Shown piece after piece: positions 48,327-59,223 of a DNA stretch of 64,000 nt. The notes beneath the pieces are model-generated. The model searched no databases. It was not told where the DNA came from and worked only from the letters and a program-made list of their open reading frames with translations. A program made the position numbers and the translations under genes. Each line of letters begins with the position of its first letter. The stretch's first letter is position 1. The stretch spans positions 8,571,288 to 8,635,287 of the forward strand of contig JAHRHZ010000002.1 of the NCBI GenBank assembly GCA_024137785.1, read 5' to 3'. The DNA is from Ginglymostoma cirratum. Taxonomy: Eukaryota.

Positions 48327-50797
48327 ATGCACCAGTGGATGATACATTATTACATTATTGACTTCAAAAGGTATACTGTCCTGCGCTTGCTCCTATTAGT
48401 ATTTCTGGTAAGTCTTTAAGTCCAGTTATTAATTCCACAGGCTATATTTACACGCACTAATGTTCATGACATTTTAAGCTAATAAATACATCGGTTGTAA
48501 TATTCGTTGAATGCCTTTTGTTCTTGGCATCATGTTGAAACAATTTCATTTATTTTAACGTTTAGACATCCATCCGTCCTTGTGAGCTCAAGGACTGCCA
48601 CCACATTCCGCATTCCTCCCATTGGAAGTTTTCGTCTTCAGATGAAAAGACTCTTGAAATTCTTGAAACAAAATCGGAATCAGAAATCCGATTCTGCTTG
48701 ATGCATGTAATAATTCAGAATTTTGGAGCCTGTGTGAACTAGATCACATAAAGAAACTGAAATATGTTCTTTGAAGATTCAGATTTCAGATCATCCAGCT
48801 GATGTCATGTCACATTTAATTTTCCAACTGGTATCTTGTCAGAATAGAGGTGGATTATGATACAAAATACGTTGATGTAACTCGTTCGTTTTGGATGGTC
48901 ACCTCTCCAGTCATTTTTTTTTTGTCCATCACTGAATGATATGCAGCATGTCACGGGTGAAGAAATATCTCAGTCAGTAATACAGATAACTTTTCATGCA
49001 TTCCCTGTCCCATTTTTTGAACCTGCCATGCTATGCTTAATATTTGCTGCATGATGCAGGCCTTTACACTGGAACATGGAGGAAACTGTTAAATTGCAAC
49101 AATGTTAAACATAATTTTTTTAAAAAGTGCTATTCGTCACAGGTACTCCCATATATCAATTTCCTTTTGGTTAAGTTTTTTAAAAAATTATTAAATACTA
49201 ATCATTGTCCCCACCAACCATCATCGTCACAGACCCAATCTAGGGTTGGTTTTAGGATAAGACTCATCCCACTTTGTCAAAATAACGGCAATGTAACGTC
49301 AGAAATCTGCTGAGGTCGGATGAAATCATCTGCTGTTCTTTTTTTATGTCAAAACAAGTCGATTCTGGAAATGCAAACCCTGCCACTAAAGGCAGTCAGA
49401 ACGTTGACTAGTATGCTCTTTTTGGAAAATCTTCGCCACACCTGCGGCTGCATTTTCTTCTTAAAACCACAAGTCGGGGTGATTGCAAGCTCCTGGTCAC
49501 AAGTGGTGTCTCCGCCTATATTGACCATCAGCTGGAGAATCTTACTTCTCAAGCCTGAGTTTGAGGGCTGTCATCTCCTTTGTTACAGTAACCCTCTGGT
49601 CATGTCATCTGATCACTTGACACAGCCTTCTTCCCCATGTCATTGGGGAGGCACCATATTCCATCATCTGTGCACCCACGATCCAATAAAGACTTTATTA
49701 ATGGTTTATCAGCAACATCCTAGATAGGATCACTCCCTGATTGTTTTGTCCTTACATTTAATGCTAAGGATATATGGTAATTTTGGAACTCTTTTTTTTG
49801 AAAAATTGCTGTTGGCAGTTATAAATTGTGTAAGCTTCGCTGCCATTCAACAAAGCACAAAGGATACAGGTCAGAATATGGACATATATATATACTAACG
49901 TGTTTATTTTTCTTTGTCTATTTCATTAGTCAACCAATGTTCATGCGTGCTTTTTCTGTTGTGATGTGGTAAGTAGGTTGGCAACAGGCTCTTTGTCTGT
50001 CATCATTGATCCAATATAGTGTAATGTACGGTCTGCTTGCAATCATGTTTTGTCGAGTCTGGACACAGGTAGAAACATAAGGACCTTTTCTTTCATGACA
50101 GTTTTCTTGAAACCGTTGATGAGGGTGTACATGACAGACACCTGTCGCAGATTATTCATAACCATGTTGAGTTAGTCTTCTGACTGTGTAAATAGAGTAC
50201 CACATCATTAACAAACAGGCATTACTTGACCAGAATATATAACTTTCTGCCTTTTTCGCTTGAAGAGTTTTTCATCTAATCATTCCTCCAGTTACATTCC
50301 TTTCCTATCAACATTGTTAGTGTAAGCCAGTAACATCAAGGTAAATAAACCATACAAAATATAGGCAAAGTAAAATATCATTGAATATCAAAGAACTTTT
50401 TTTCATTAATAAATAATTATTAAATGATTAGTAAAATAGCCTAAATTAGGATTTCCTAATCTATATCTCTTCTCCACAGTCAATCTAGTGACAACTGTGA
50501 TCCTATCACGTGAAAAGTGTAGCAAATCCAAATGTTTTACTTCTACTAGTATCCATAGTAGGAAAGGATTTACTAATTGTTATCATCAACATGATGATGG
50601 TGGGCATTCCAGTAGTTCATTATGTACAATGTATTACTATATAGTTTATTCCCCACATGCATCATTGATGAGGCCTTGGATTATATAGCCACAGGCTGTC
50701 CTGTCCAATTCATCATCACCTTTATCCCCATTACACAGGGAAAAATTAATCTGTGGCTCTGTGAGCAGTGAGTGTACTAGGATGTTTATTGGATATG
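48327..50797 (+). pseudogene. Second GPR139/GPR142-like pseudogene: exon 1 48327-48407, ~2.07-kb phase-1 intron, truncated exon 2 from 50480
   Basis: Exon 1 reads MHQWMIHYYIID/QKVYCPALAPISIS-G|GTAAGT with one frameshift. Acceptor CTCTTCTCCACAG (AG 50478-50479), then (V)NLVTTVILSREKCSKSKCFT / LVSIVGKDLLIVIINMM / PTCIIDEALDYIATGCPVQFIITF / TGKN*SVAL*AVSVLGCLLDM, colinear with the 11887 copy; the DRF..ICC segment is deleted. Confidence 0.78.
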
Positions 50798-51049
50798 ACA
50801 ACAATGAAAATTCCTAATGATATTGCAAGAAAGTCATTTTTAAGTAAATAAGCAAATGATTAAGAAACTGGGACATTTATGTTTCAAAATTGAGAAGGCT
50901 GAAAAGTGATTCAATCATGGTTCTTAAATGATGGAAACTTCTTTTAGTGTTGGCAGAGAGGTAATGTTTCATAGTTTTTCATTATCTGGGTTTAAAAATA
51001 GTAGTCAAAATGCGATTGTAGCTAAAATTCGGGAAATCAGGGCTGTGAT

Positions 51050-54000
51050 AGCGCTGTGTAGGGAGCAGTGGGAGGTCCAAGCAGCGCAGAATGAGTATAA
51101 AGCTAACTGAGCTTCGGGTACACAGTAGCTGCGGACAAGTTGGATTGACGTCACATCGAAGCTGTGACCTGATTGCTAGTAGGAAATTTGCACTAAATTT
51201 GAAAGAAAAATACGGCAAAGAACTATGCTGTCAAAATGATTATCCACGTAGAGATGGCTGACCAAGTAATGTGCTGTAGCTGTATGATGTGAGACCGGCA
51301 ATTCCAACAGGGAGCTCCAGTGACCACACCTGCAGCGAGTGGAACTTGAGGAACTTCGGCTCAGAGTTGATGACCTGAAATCTGAGCTTCAAGCACTGCA
51401 GCATATCCGGGAGGTGGAGGATTTTTTTTTCAGGAGGTGTTTACACCTAGTAGATTAATAACTTTAAATTCAGTCAGAGATCATGGAGAGCAGTGTATTT
51501 AATGCAAGTAAGGCGGTTCGGGGCATCCTGAATTCAGGAATGGAGGAAGCTCAGAGCTTGACCATGTCGAACAGGTATGAGGTACTTTCTCCCAGTGAGC
51601 ATGAGGTAAAGGGCTGTGAGGAAGATGAGCCAGCTGACTACTGCATCGGAGTACAGAAGGCCATTCACTGGGTGGAACAGAAAGACAAGTGATAGTTGGA
51701 GGGGATTCTCTAATTCGGGCGATTGATCGCATCCTTTGCGAGCAGGACCAAGAGTCCCGCATATTGTGTTGCCGGTCCAGTTGCGGGACATCTCTGATCT
51801 GCTTGAAAGGATATTGAATCACGAGGTTGAACAAGCAACATAGGCAAGGCTAGGAAGGAGAACCTGTTTAGGGATTATCAAGCACTCGGAAAGAAATTAA
51901 GGAACAGGACCTCAATTGTTAACAGTCTCTGGAGTACTACCCGGGCCATGTGCAAATTGGCTTAGGGATAAGAAAATTCGGGAACTAAATACGTTGCTAA
52001 AGGATTGGTTGTGGGAAAGAGGAGTTCCATTTCATTCCATGGTACATTTACATCTCTTATCGAACAGCGGGGATCCGTACCTTTGGGACAGTCGGACCTT
52101 TGGGACAGTGGAACCAGTGTTCTAGAGAAAAGCATACATAGGGTGGTTGCTAGGACTTTAAACGAGTGAATTTGGGGAAAATGAAGGGGAAAACAACAGG
52201 AAGTATCGTGGTAAATATCCAGGAAAGCAGCAGGTTAACAGGACGGCTAAACTACATCAAAGACTATGAAAGAAATTTTTAAAAAATGAAAAAAAAACTC
52301 AAGAGATATTATTGATGGAGATGTTAGAATTCAGAAAAACAAATTACAAAAAACAAGCAAAATGGACTTTTGTAGCATTCCGAAAGAAAATGGTAGATGT
52401 GTTAAGGGCAGAAATTACGTGAATGTATATGATTTAGTAGTCATTACGGAGAGATGGTTGCAGGATGGTAACAACTGGGAATTAAATATCTACGGGCATC
52501 AGACTATTCAGAAGGGAAGACAGGAAGGTAAGGGGGAATGGTGTAGGTCTGATATTTAAGGATGACTTCAGGGCTGTAGTGAGAGATGATATAGGTTATA
52601 TGCAGAATAAGTTTTAATCAGCTTGGTTAGAAATTAAAAATTCTAAGAAGAAAAAGTCACTGATAGACGTAGTGTTTAGGCCACAAATTGCTAACATCAC
52701 AATAGGGCGAGTAACTAACAAAGAAATAACTCCAGTCTGCAAAAATGGTACGGCAATTATCATCGGGACTTTAATCTGCATGTCAACTGGTTGAACCAGC
52801 TCAGTCAAGGCAGCCTTGGGGAACAGCTCACTGAATGTATCGATGGCAGCTTTCTTGAATAGTATGTAATGGAACTGACGAGGGACCAAACTATCCTAGA
52901 TCTGGTCCTGTGTAATGAGGCAGGAATAATTAATGATCTTATGGTTAGAGATCCTCTTAGAAGGAGTGAGCGCACTTTTGTTGAGTTTAAAACATAAATG
53001 GAAAGTGAGAAGTTAAAAGCCAATACCAGTGTCCCGCGCTTAAACAGATGAGACTGCAGTAGGATGAGGGTATAATTCGCTAAAGTAAACTGGAAGCAAA
53101 AACTTTATGGTAGGAAAGTTGAGGAACTGGAGGATTTTCAAACGAATTTTTCAAAGTGTTCAGCAAAAGTATATACCAGATAAAAGGAAGGGCTATAGAA
53201 AGAGGGGTAATCAGCCATGGATGTCTGTGGAAATAAGGGAGGCTATCAAATCGAAAGATAAGGCACACAAAGTGGTGAAACCCAGTTGGAAGCTGGAAGA
53301 TAGGGAAAACTTTAAATGTCAACATAAGGCCACAAAAAAAACTATAAAGAAAAGGAATATATATAAAATGAGAGTAAACTAGCTCAAAATATAAAAACTG
53401 ATAGCAAAAGTTTCCACAAACACATAAAATGAAAAAGAGTGTCGAAGGCAAGGATTGGCCCTTTAGAGGATGGGAACAGGAATTAATAATGTGAAATGAG
53501 GAAATAGCTGAGGCATTGAACAGGTATTTTGTGTCTGTCTTCACAGAGGAGGACATGAATAAAATTCCAGTAATTGATGTCAAAGAGACTAAGGTAGGTG
53601 AGGGCCTAAAAACGATCACTATAATGAAAGAGATAGTGCTGGGCAAGCTAAATGTGTATTGGTCTCCTGCCCCTGATGGAATGCATTCCAGAGTACCTAA
53701 AGATGTGGCGGGAGAAATGGCAAATATGCTCGTGGTCATTTTCCAAAGTTTGCTGGACTCTGGAGCAGTTCCAGCAGATTAGAGAGCAGCAAATGTGTTA
53801 ATGAAAGGAAGTAGACAAAAATTAAGGATTGTAGGCCAGTTAGCTTAACTTCTAAAGGGGGAAAATGATTGAATCTACCATCAAGGGCGGGGGGAAAAGC
53901 AATACATCGATGTAGAAATTGTCGCATTGGGCAGATGCTGCAGGGGTTCATGAAGGGCAGTTCATGTTTAACTCATTTCCTGGAATTTATGAACGCGGTC

Positions 54001-55480
54001 AGCAATGGGGACCCAGTAGATGTGGTGTATCTAGATTTCCAAAAGGCATTTGGTAAAGTTCTGTACAAAAAGATGCTGCATAAGATGAAGGTGCAAGGCG
54101 TTACAAGCAATGCATTCACATGGATAGAGGATTGGTTAACTAACAGGAAGCAAAGAATGGGGATAACTGGTTGGTAATCAGTGTCTAGTGGCGTGCCTCA
54201 GTGATCAGTTTTGGAACCACATCTGTTTTCAATTTACACAGATGCTTTGGAGTTGGGGACAACGGGTAAAGTGTGAAATTTGAGATGACACTAAGATAAA
54301 TTGTGGAACAAAGCGTGCAGAAGTTAACTGGGGTGGCATGGTGGCTCAGTGGTTAACTCTGCTGCCTCCGAGCTCCAGGGACACAGGTTCGATTTCATTC
54401 TTGGGTGACTGTCTGTGTGGAGTTTGCACGTTCTCCCAGTGACTGTGTGGCTTTCCTCTGGATGTTCTGGTTTCCTCCTACAATCCAAAGATATGCAGGC
54501 TGGGTAGATTGGTTATGTTAAATTGCCCATAGTGTTCAGGGGAGTGGGATTGTTGGGCTGAAGGGCCTGTTTCCATACTGTAAGTGTTCTATGAGAAGGG
54601 TCTGAAAGTTTGCACAGGTATGTAAATCATTTAAGTGAATGGGCAACAGTTTGGGAGGCAGCATATGGTGTTGATAAACGTGAAGTCATCCATGTTTTTA
54701 TGAATGACAGTAAAACGTATTATTATTTGAATGGTAAAAAAAATGCAGCATGCTGCTGTGCAGGGGGACCTATATGTCCTTGTTTATGAATCGCAGAAAG
54801 TTGGTTTGCATGTGCAAGAGGCAATTAAGAAGGCAAATCGAGTTTTGTCCTTCATTGCTGGAGGGATTGAGATTAAAAGGAGGTGAGTTATGCTCCAGCT
54901 GTATAGTGTGCTGCTGTGGTTACACCTGGAGCACTGCATGCAGTTTTGGCTTCCTGACTTGTGAAAGGATCTACTGGCCCTGGAGGCGGTGCAGAGGAGA
55001 TTGAATATATTGAATCCAGAGTTTAAGGATTAGTTTATGAGGGGACACTGAGTAGACTGGAATTGCATTCATTGTAATTTAGAAGAATGAATGAGGATTT
55101 TATAGAAACATATAAAACTATGAAGGGAATAGATAAAATGGAAGCCGGAAGGATGATGAAAGGTAGGTAGATGAAACTACACCAAGAGGGCATAGCCTCA
55201 AATTAGGGAGAGCAAATTTAAGATTGAATTGAGGAGGAAATTCTTCACCCCAAGGGTTATGAAGCTATGGAATTCCCTGCGCAGTGAAGTAGCTGAATCT
55301 GCCTCATTGAATGCCGTTAAAGCTAAAATAGATTTTTTTTGGCCAGCAAATGATTTGAAGGTTGCAGTGAGAGAGTGCATAAGTGGAGCTGAGGCCATGA
55401 AAAGATCAGCTATGATTTATTGAATGGCAGAGTGGGCTCGAAGGCCAGATGGCCTACTCCTGTTCCTGGTTCTTATGTAC
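51050..55480 (+). mobile_element. Old full-length CR1 LINE, heavily decayed
   Basis: ORF1 relics MADQVMCCSCMM (51253), DHTCS, LEELRLRVDDLKSELQAL, SNRYEVLS, GDSLIR; ORF2 relics YDLVVITERWL, NRYFVSVFTEED, DFQKAFGKV, RKFFTPRVMKLWNSL; 3' UTR at ~55420-55480. Confidence 0.88.
54327..54592 (+). mobile_element. HE1-like SINE nested in CR1
   Basis: A box GTGGCTCAGTGG, B box GGTTCGATTTC, GTGTGGAGTTTGCACGTTCTCC, and a CR1-type tail. Confidence 0.85.
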
Positions 55481-56619
55481 TATATTTAACACTATGGTGT
55501 TAACAAGAAACCTATTAAGGAAATGGAAAAAAAATGTTTTCACTTCAAGTGTGTTAAGAATATGGAACTTATTAATACAAGTGTGATTGGAGTAAATACT
55601 ATAGATGCATTCAAAATGGATGTGGACAACAGGTGAGGCAGAAGGCAATAAATGCTTAGGATGATATATTTATCTAAGGAACAACATGGAAGAGCAAGTA
55701 ATGTATTGGCACCGGAATGGTCTCATTGGGTCAAGCCATCATCATAAATCTAATTCAAATTTTGCTAAACAACAACGAATACTGTGTAAATTGACGCAGT
55801 ATCTATAGTTTAAATTTTTCAATTGTTACAGTGACAATCAACAATAAACAGTGACTACAAACAATTCTAATTCGAATTCGAATTCCAAGTGAAGGTAAAT
55901 GAGGATTGCCAGAACACGAGTCAGATGTGACACCAGAGATAAGTTAAACTCTAATACAGTTAAGAAGTAATTTCGGCCAAAGTTTTCAAGCATATAGGTT
56001 TCATTTTTCAGCACGAGTTGCAATGAATATTCTTGCAATTTGAAATCTCGCTATATATTTATAACGTGTTCGTCATAAGCAAACAATTCCTTCATCAGTG
56101 TTTAGCACAGTTTTCAAAGACCATGTAAACTTCATAATTACAGAAATAACTTTAAATATGACCTAATGTCCCCATTCATATCAGTGCATCTAGACCCCAA
56201 AATGACTCAAAATCAGGTTACTTCCTGTTTTCCAGAGGTGAAGCTGCATCGTGCTTCGCACCAGCCTCTGGTTCAGACAGGATTGATCTTTTGTCTTCAA
56301 AGGAAGGGTAATGTTGGTGTTTTGGGGCACTTTTCTAGGTGCTTTGGATTTTCAGAGTTTACATTATTTTCTGATCTCAGTACATGAGCTGAAAGGAAAC
56401 AGAGAAACTGAAATAATTTTCTGTTACAAATTAACTATTTGAAAAACACTCAGGTGAACTTCATTGGATGGATAAAAGCAAAAACTTCAGTGACATGTTT
56501 GCAATGCCACTCATCAGCATCTTCATTCAAATCAACAAAGAAATTAACTATTAACACTCAATTAAATCCACCTATTAGATAATTCATAATTAAAACTGAG
56601 CATTATTAGAGAGATATGA

Positions 56620-57565
56620 TAGCAGAGGTTTACCAGGATGTTGCTGGAGCCAGAAAGTCTTAGTTTTAAACACATGGATTGGAGTTATTTTCCTTGGAGC
56701 TTAGGAGACTGAGCAGAACATGGTTAAGATATATACAATTATAAGGGTCAAGGATAGAGCCAAAGATTCATGCAGCACGCAAATAGGCCCTTCAGTCCAA
56801 CTGGTACATGTTGAATAATTTTCCCAAACTAAACTAAACTAACCTGATTAGCCTGTTTTTTTTTTCTAATGTCACCCTGAACGTTTCCTATTCATGTACT
56901 TATCCAAATGTCTTTGACATGTTGTAATTATACCTGCATCTGCCAATTCCTCTGAGAATTCAATCCAAAAATGAACTGCCCTTCATCCCCTTTTAAATCA
57001 TTCTCTTCTCACCTTAAAATTATGTTCTTTCGTTTTGAAATCCTCCACACTCGGGGAAAGGCCTTCGACATTCACCTAATCTCTGCCTCTCATGATGTTA
57101 TAAATCTCCATAAAATCACACGTCAACGTCCTGCACTACAGTGAAAACTGTCCCAGCCTAACCAGCCTCTCCTGGGAAGGAACATTTCCCTTGGCTGAGG
57201 GGAACAAAAATGATCAGAAAGTTGTTGGTAAGGAGCAGGAGGCGTACGGATGACATGAGGGACATTTTTTTTTCTTTCTTCAGCCTGAGGGTGGTATGAA
57301 ATTGAAACTCACTGTGTGTATGGTGGTAGAATCAGAAGCCCTCGTGACTTTTAAGACATGTTTACGTGTGCACTTATGATACCAAGACATAGAAAGCTAC
57401 GCACCAATGCTGAAAAATCCTGGCCTGCTGTGTTCCAGCCTTTATCTCTGATTCCAGCATCCGCAGTTCTTGCTATCTCTTAGAAACGTAAGGCGGTATT
57501 TTTGGAATAACATAGACTCAGTGGACTGACGCACCCTTTTATGTGCTGTAGGCCTCTATGACTGT
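56620..57565. mobile_element. Nested old CR1 3' fragments (a + copy split by a - copy) with a short Penelope-type piece at ~57418-57480
   Basis: AGAGGTTTACCAGGATGTTGC on +, reversed 3' UTR from ~56765, and the + copy resumes at ~57175. Confidence 0.55.
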
Positions 57566-57744
57566 AACTCTGAGACCTCTTGCAAACGTTTTGAAGTTTG
57601 TGGAACATACTGTTTCCTTTACATCCTAGCTGGCAGCACTTCAGTGAGCCACAAGTTTCCGATGGGTTTGGATTTTTAATTCTAAAGTGTTCTTTCCTTC
57701 TTTGCCAGGCCTCGTCAGTGCCAGGTGTACATCACAATGAATTG

Positions 57745-59139
57745 ATGGTGAAATTGTTTGTGATGAATGAGACTCTCAGTCACCGAACAGACATGCTTGC
57801 TTCTGAAAGAGACAGTTTTTATCGAACAGCCGAAATGGTCACCATGGTGATTGTGACAGCATCTTTAAGTTTGGTAACCATTATTGGAAACTTTCTGGTC
57901 CTGCTCTCTGTGAAAGTAAACAGACATTTACGAACTATTAACAACTATTTTATTTGCAGCTTAGCTTGCGCTGATTTGATTCTTGGGGTATTTTCAATGA
58001 ATCTATATGCCATATACACTGTGTCTGGGTATTGGCCTTTGAGTCCATTGATGTGTGAGTTCTGGCTTGCTGTAGATCACATTGCTACTACTGCGTCTGG
58101 AATGAATCTCCTTCTCATCAGCTTCGACCGTTATTTCTGCGTAACAAGACCCCTCAGTTACCCTTTGAAAAGAACAAATAAAATGGCAGTGATGATGATT
58201 GCAGCAGCGTGGGTGCTGTCCGTTGTCGTATGGTGTCCCGTTATTCTCACCTGGCAGTTCATGGCAAGCGGCTGGGCAGTTAACGAGGGGGAGTGTTATG
58301 CACAATTCTTCTCAGATCCAGTCGTTGCATTTGTCATTTCAATGGCGGTCTTCTTTCTCCCCGTTGCCATCATGGTGGGTTTATATGTGCGCATATCTCA
58401 AGACAGCAAGAATCGAATGAAGGAGAATAAAACAATACATGAAACAAGCAAAGGCACTACTACTCCCAGTCGAGCGAGAGGCAAAGTCGTGGACCCGAAA
58501 TGTAACAAAACCTTAAACGCTTCTAATGGGTTGATGCACATCGAAAAGCAAAACGGTAACATACCTGGTGAAATAACAATCATGAATAAGCTTTCAGATA
58601 ATTTAACTTCTCCCAGCCTGATCTCCACAAACCAAGTTCGGAAGGAGTTAATGAAAGAGGTAACTGTGCTCCCTGTTGTACAATGCACGACAGGCAAAGA
58701 TGAACTGTTTGGCTTCAAGGTAATGAATTTGCCTCAAAAATATGACCACCACGATCACATGTCAGGCTTAAAGCAAGACAAAAGCGGCAAGAATGGGGGT
58801 GACAAACGTATCACAGCCGTTCATGGCATCACTGAAATGATCAAGACCACTGCTAAGAAGAAGAGGATAACTGTAACGCGAGAAAAGACGGTGACTAGGA
58901 CTATCCTGGCTATTCTGCTGGCATTTATCATCACTTGGATACCATACAGTTTCATGATGCTCACTTACACGTTCTGTCCAATCTGTGTCCCCAGCACAGC
59001 CTGGACAATTGGGTATTGGATCTGTTACATCAACAGCACCATCAATCCGGCCTGCTATGCCCTGTGTAATCAAACCTTCAAGAAAACTTTCAAGAATCTT
59101 CTTCTCTGTCAGTGCAAGCATATTGGAGCATTGAGATAG
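57745..59139 (+). CDS. Muscarinic acetylcholine receptor M2-like GPCR, intact 464 aa, divergent paralog
   Basis: Open single-exon 7TM ORF. Start ATG 57745 lies just after a polypyrimidine/AG acceptor (57707-57708). Motifs: NET sequon, GNFLV, NNYFICSLACADL, D3.32, [14 protein letters not shown], long ICL3, [10 protein letters not shown] (M2/M4 VTIL Gi motif), TWIPY, C-x-x-C in ECL3, IGYWICYINSTINPACY, tail LLCQCKHIGALR. The symbol is left empty because orthology to CHRM2 is doubtful. Confidence 0.95.
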   Translation: MVKLFVMNETLSHRTDMLASERDSFYRTAEMVTMVIVTASLSLVTIIGNFLVLLSVKVNRHLRTINNYFICSLACADLILGVFSMNLYAIYTVSGYWPLSPLMCEFWLAVDHIATTASGMNLLLISFDRYFCVTRPLSYPLKRTNKMAVMMIAAAWVLSVVVWCPVILTWQFMASGWAVNEGECYAQFFSDPVVAFVISMAVFFLPVAIMVGLYVRISQDSKNRMKENKTIHETSKGTTTPSRARGKVVDPKCNKTLNASNGLMHIEKQNGNIPGEITIMNKLSDNLTSPSLISTNQVRKELMKEVTVLPVVQCTTGKDELFGFKVMNLPQKYDHHDHMSGLKQDKSGKNGGDKRITAVHGITEMIKTTAKKKRITVTREKTVTRTILAILLAFIITWIPYSFMMLTYTFCPICVPSTAWTIGYWICYINSTINPACYALCNQTFKKTFKNLLLCQCKHIGALR

Positions 59140-59217
59140 GAAAAGTAAGCCCCGCTCACACATTAATACTTCAGATGTAGCAATGATGTTGACTTTGTTA
59201 TATGCATGCTAAATTGA

Positions 59218-59223
59218 AATAAA
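59218..59223 (+). promoter_or_regulatory. Candidate polyadenylation signal of the M2-like gene
   Basis: AATAAA ~80 nt after the stop, followed by a GT-rich stretch (~59255-59265). Confidence 0.4.

Noticed and set aside
57598-57744. 49-aa N-terminal extension of the 513-aa ORF
   Set aside because: It starts at TTG and crosses a polypyrimidine tract and AG acceptor; homology with the paralog and the usual M2 length favour ATG 57745. The same applies to 3534-3602
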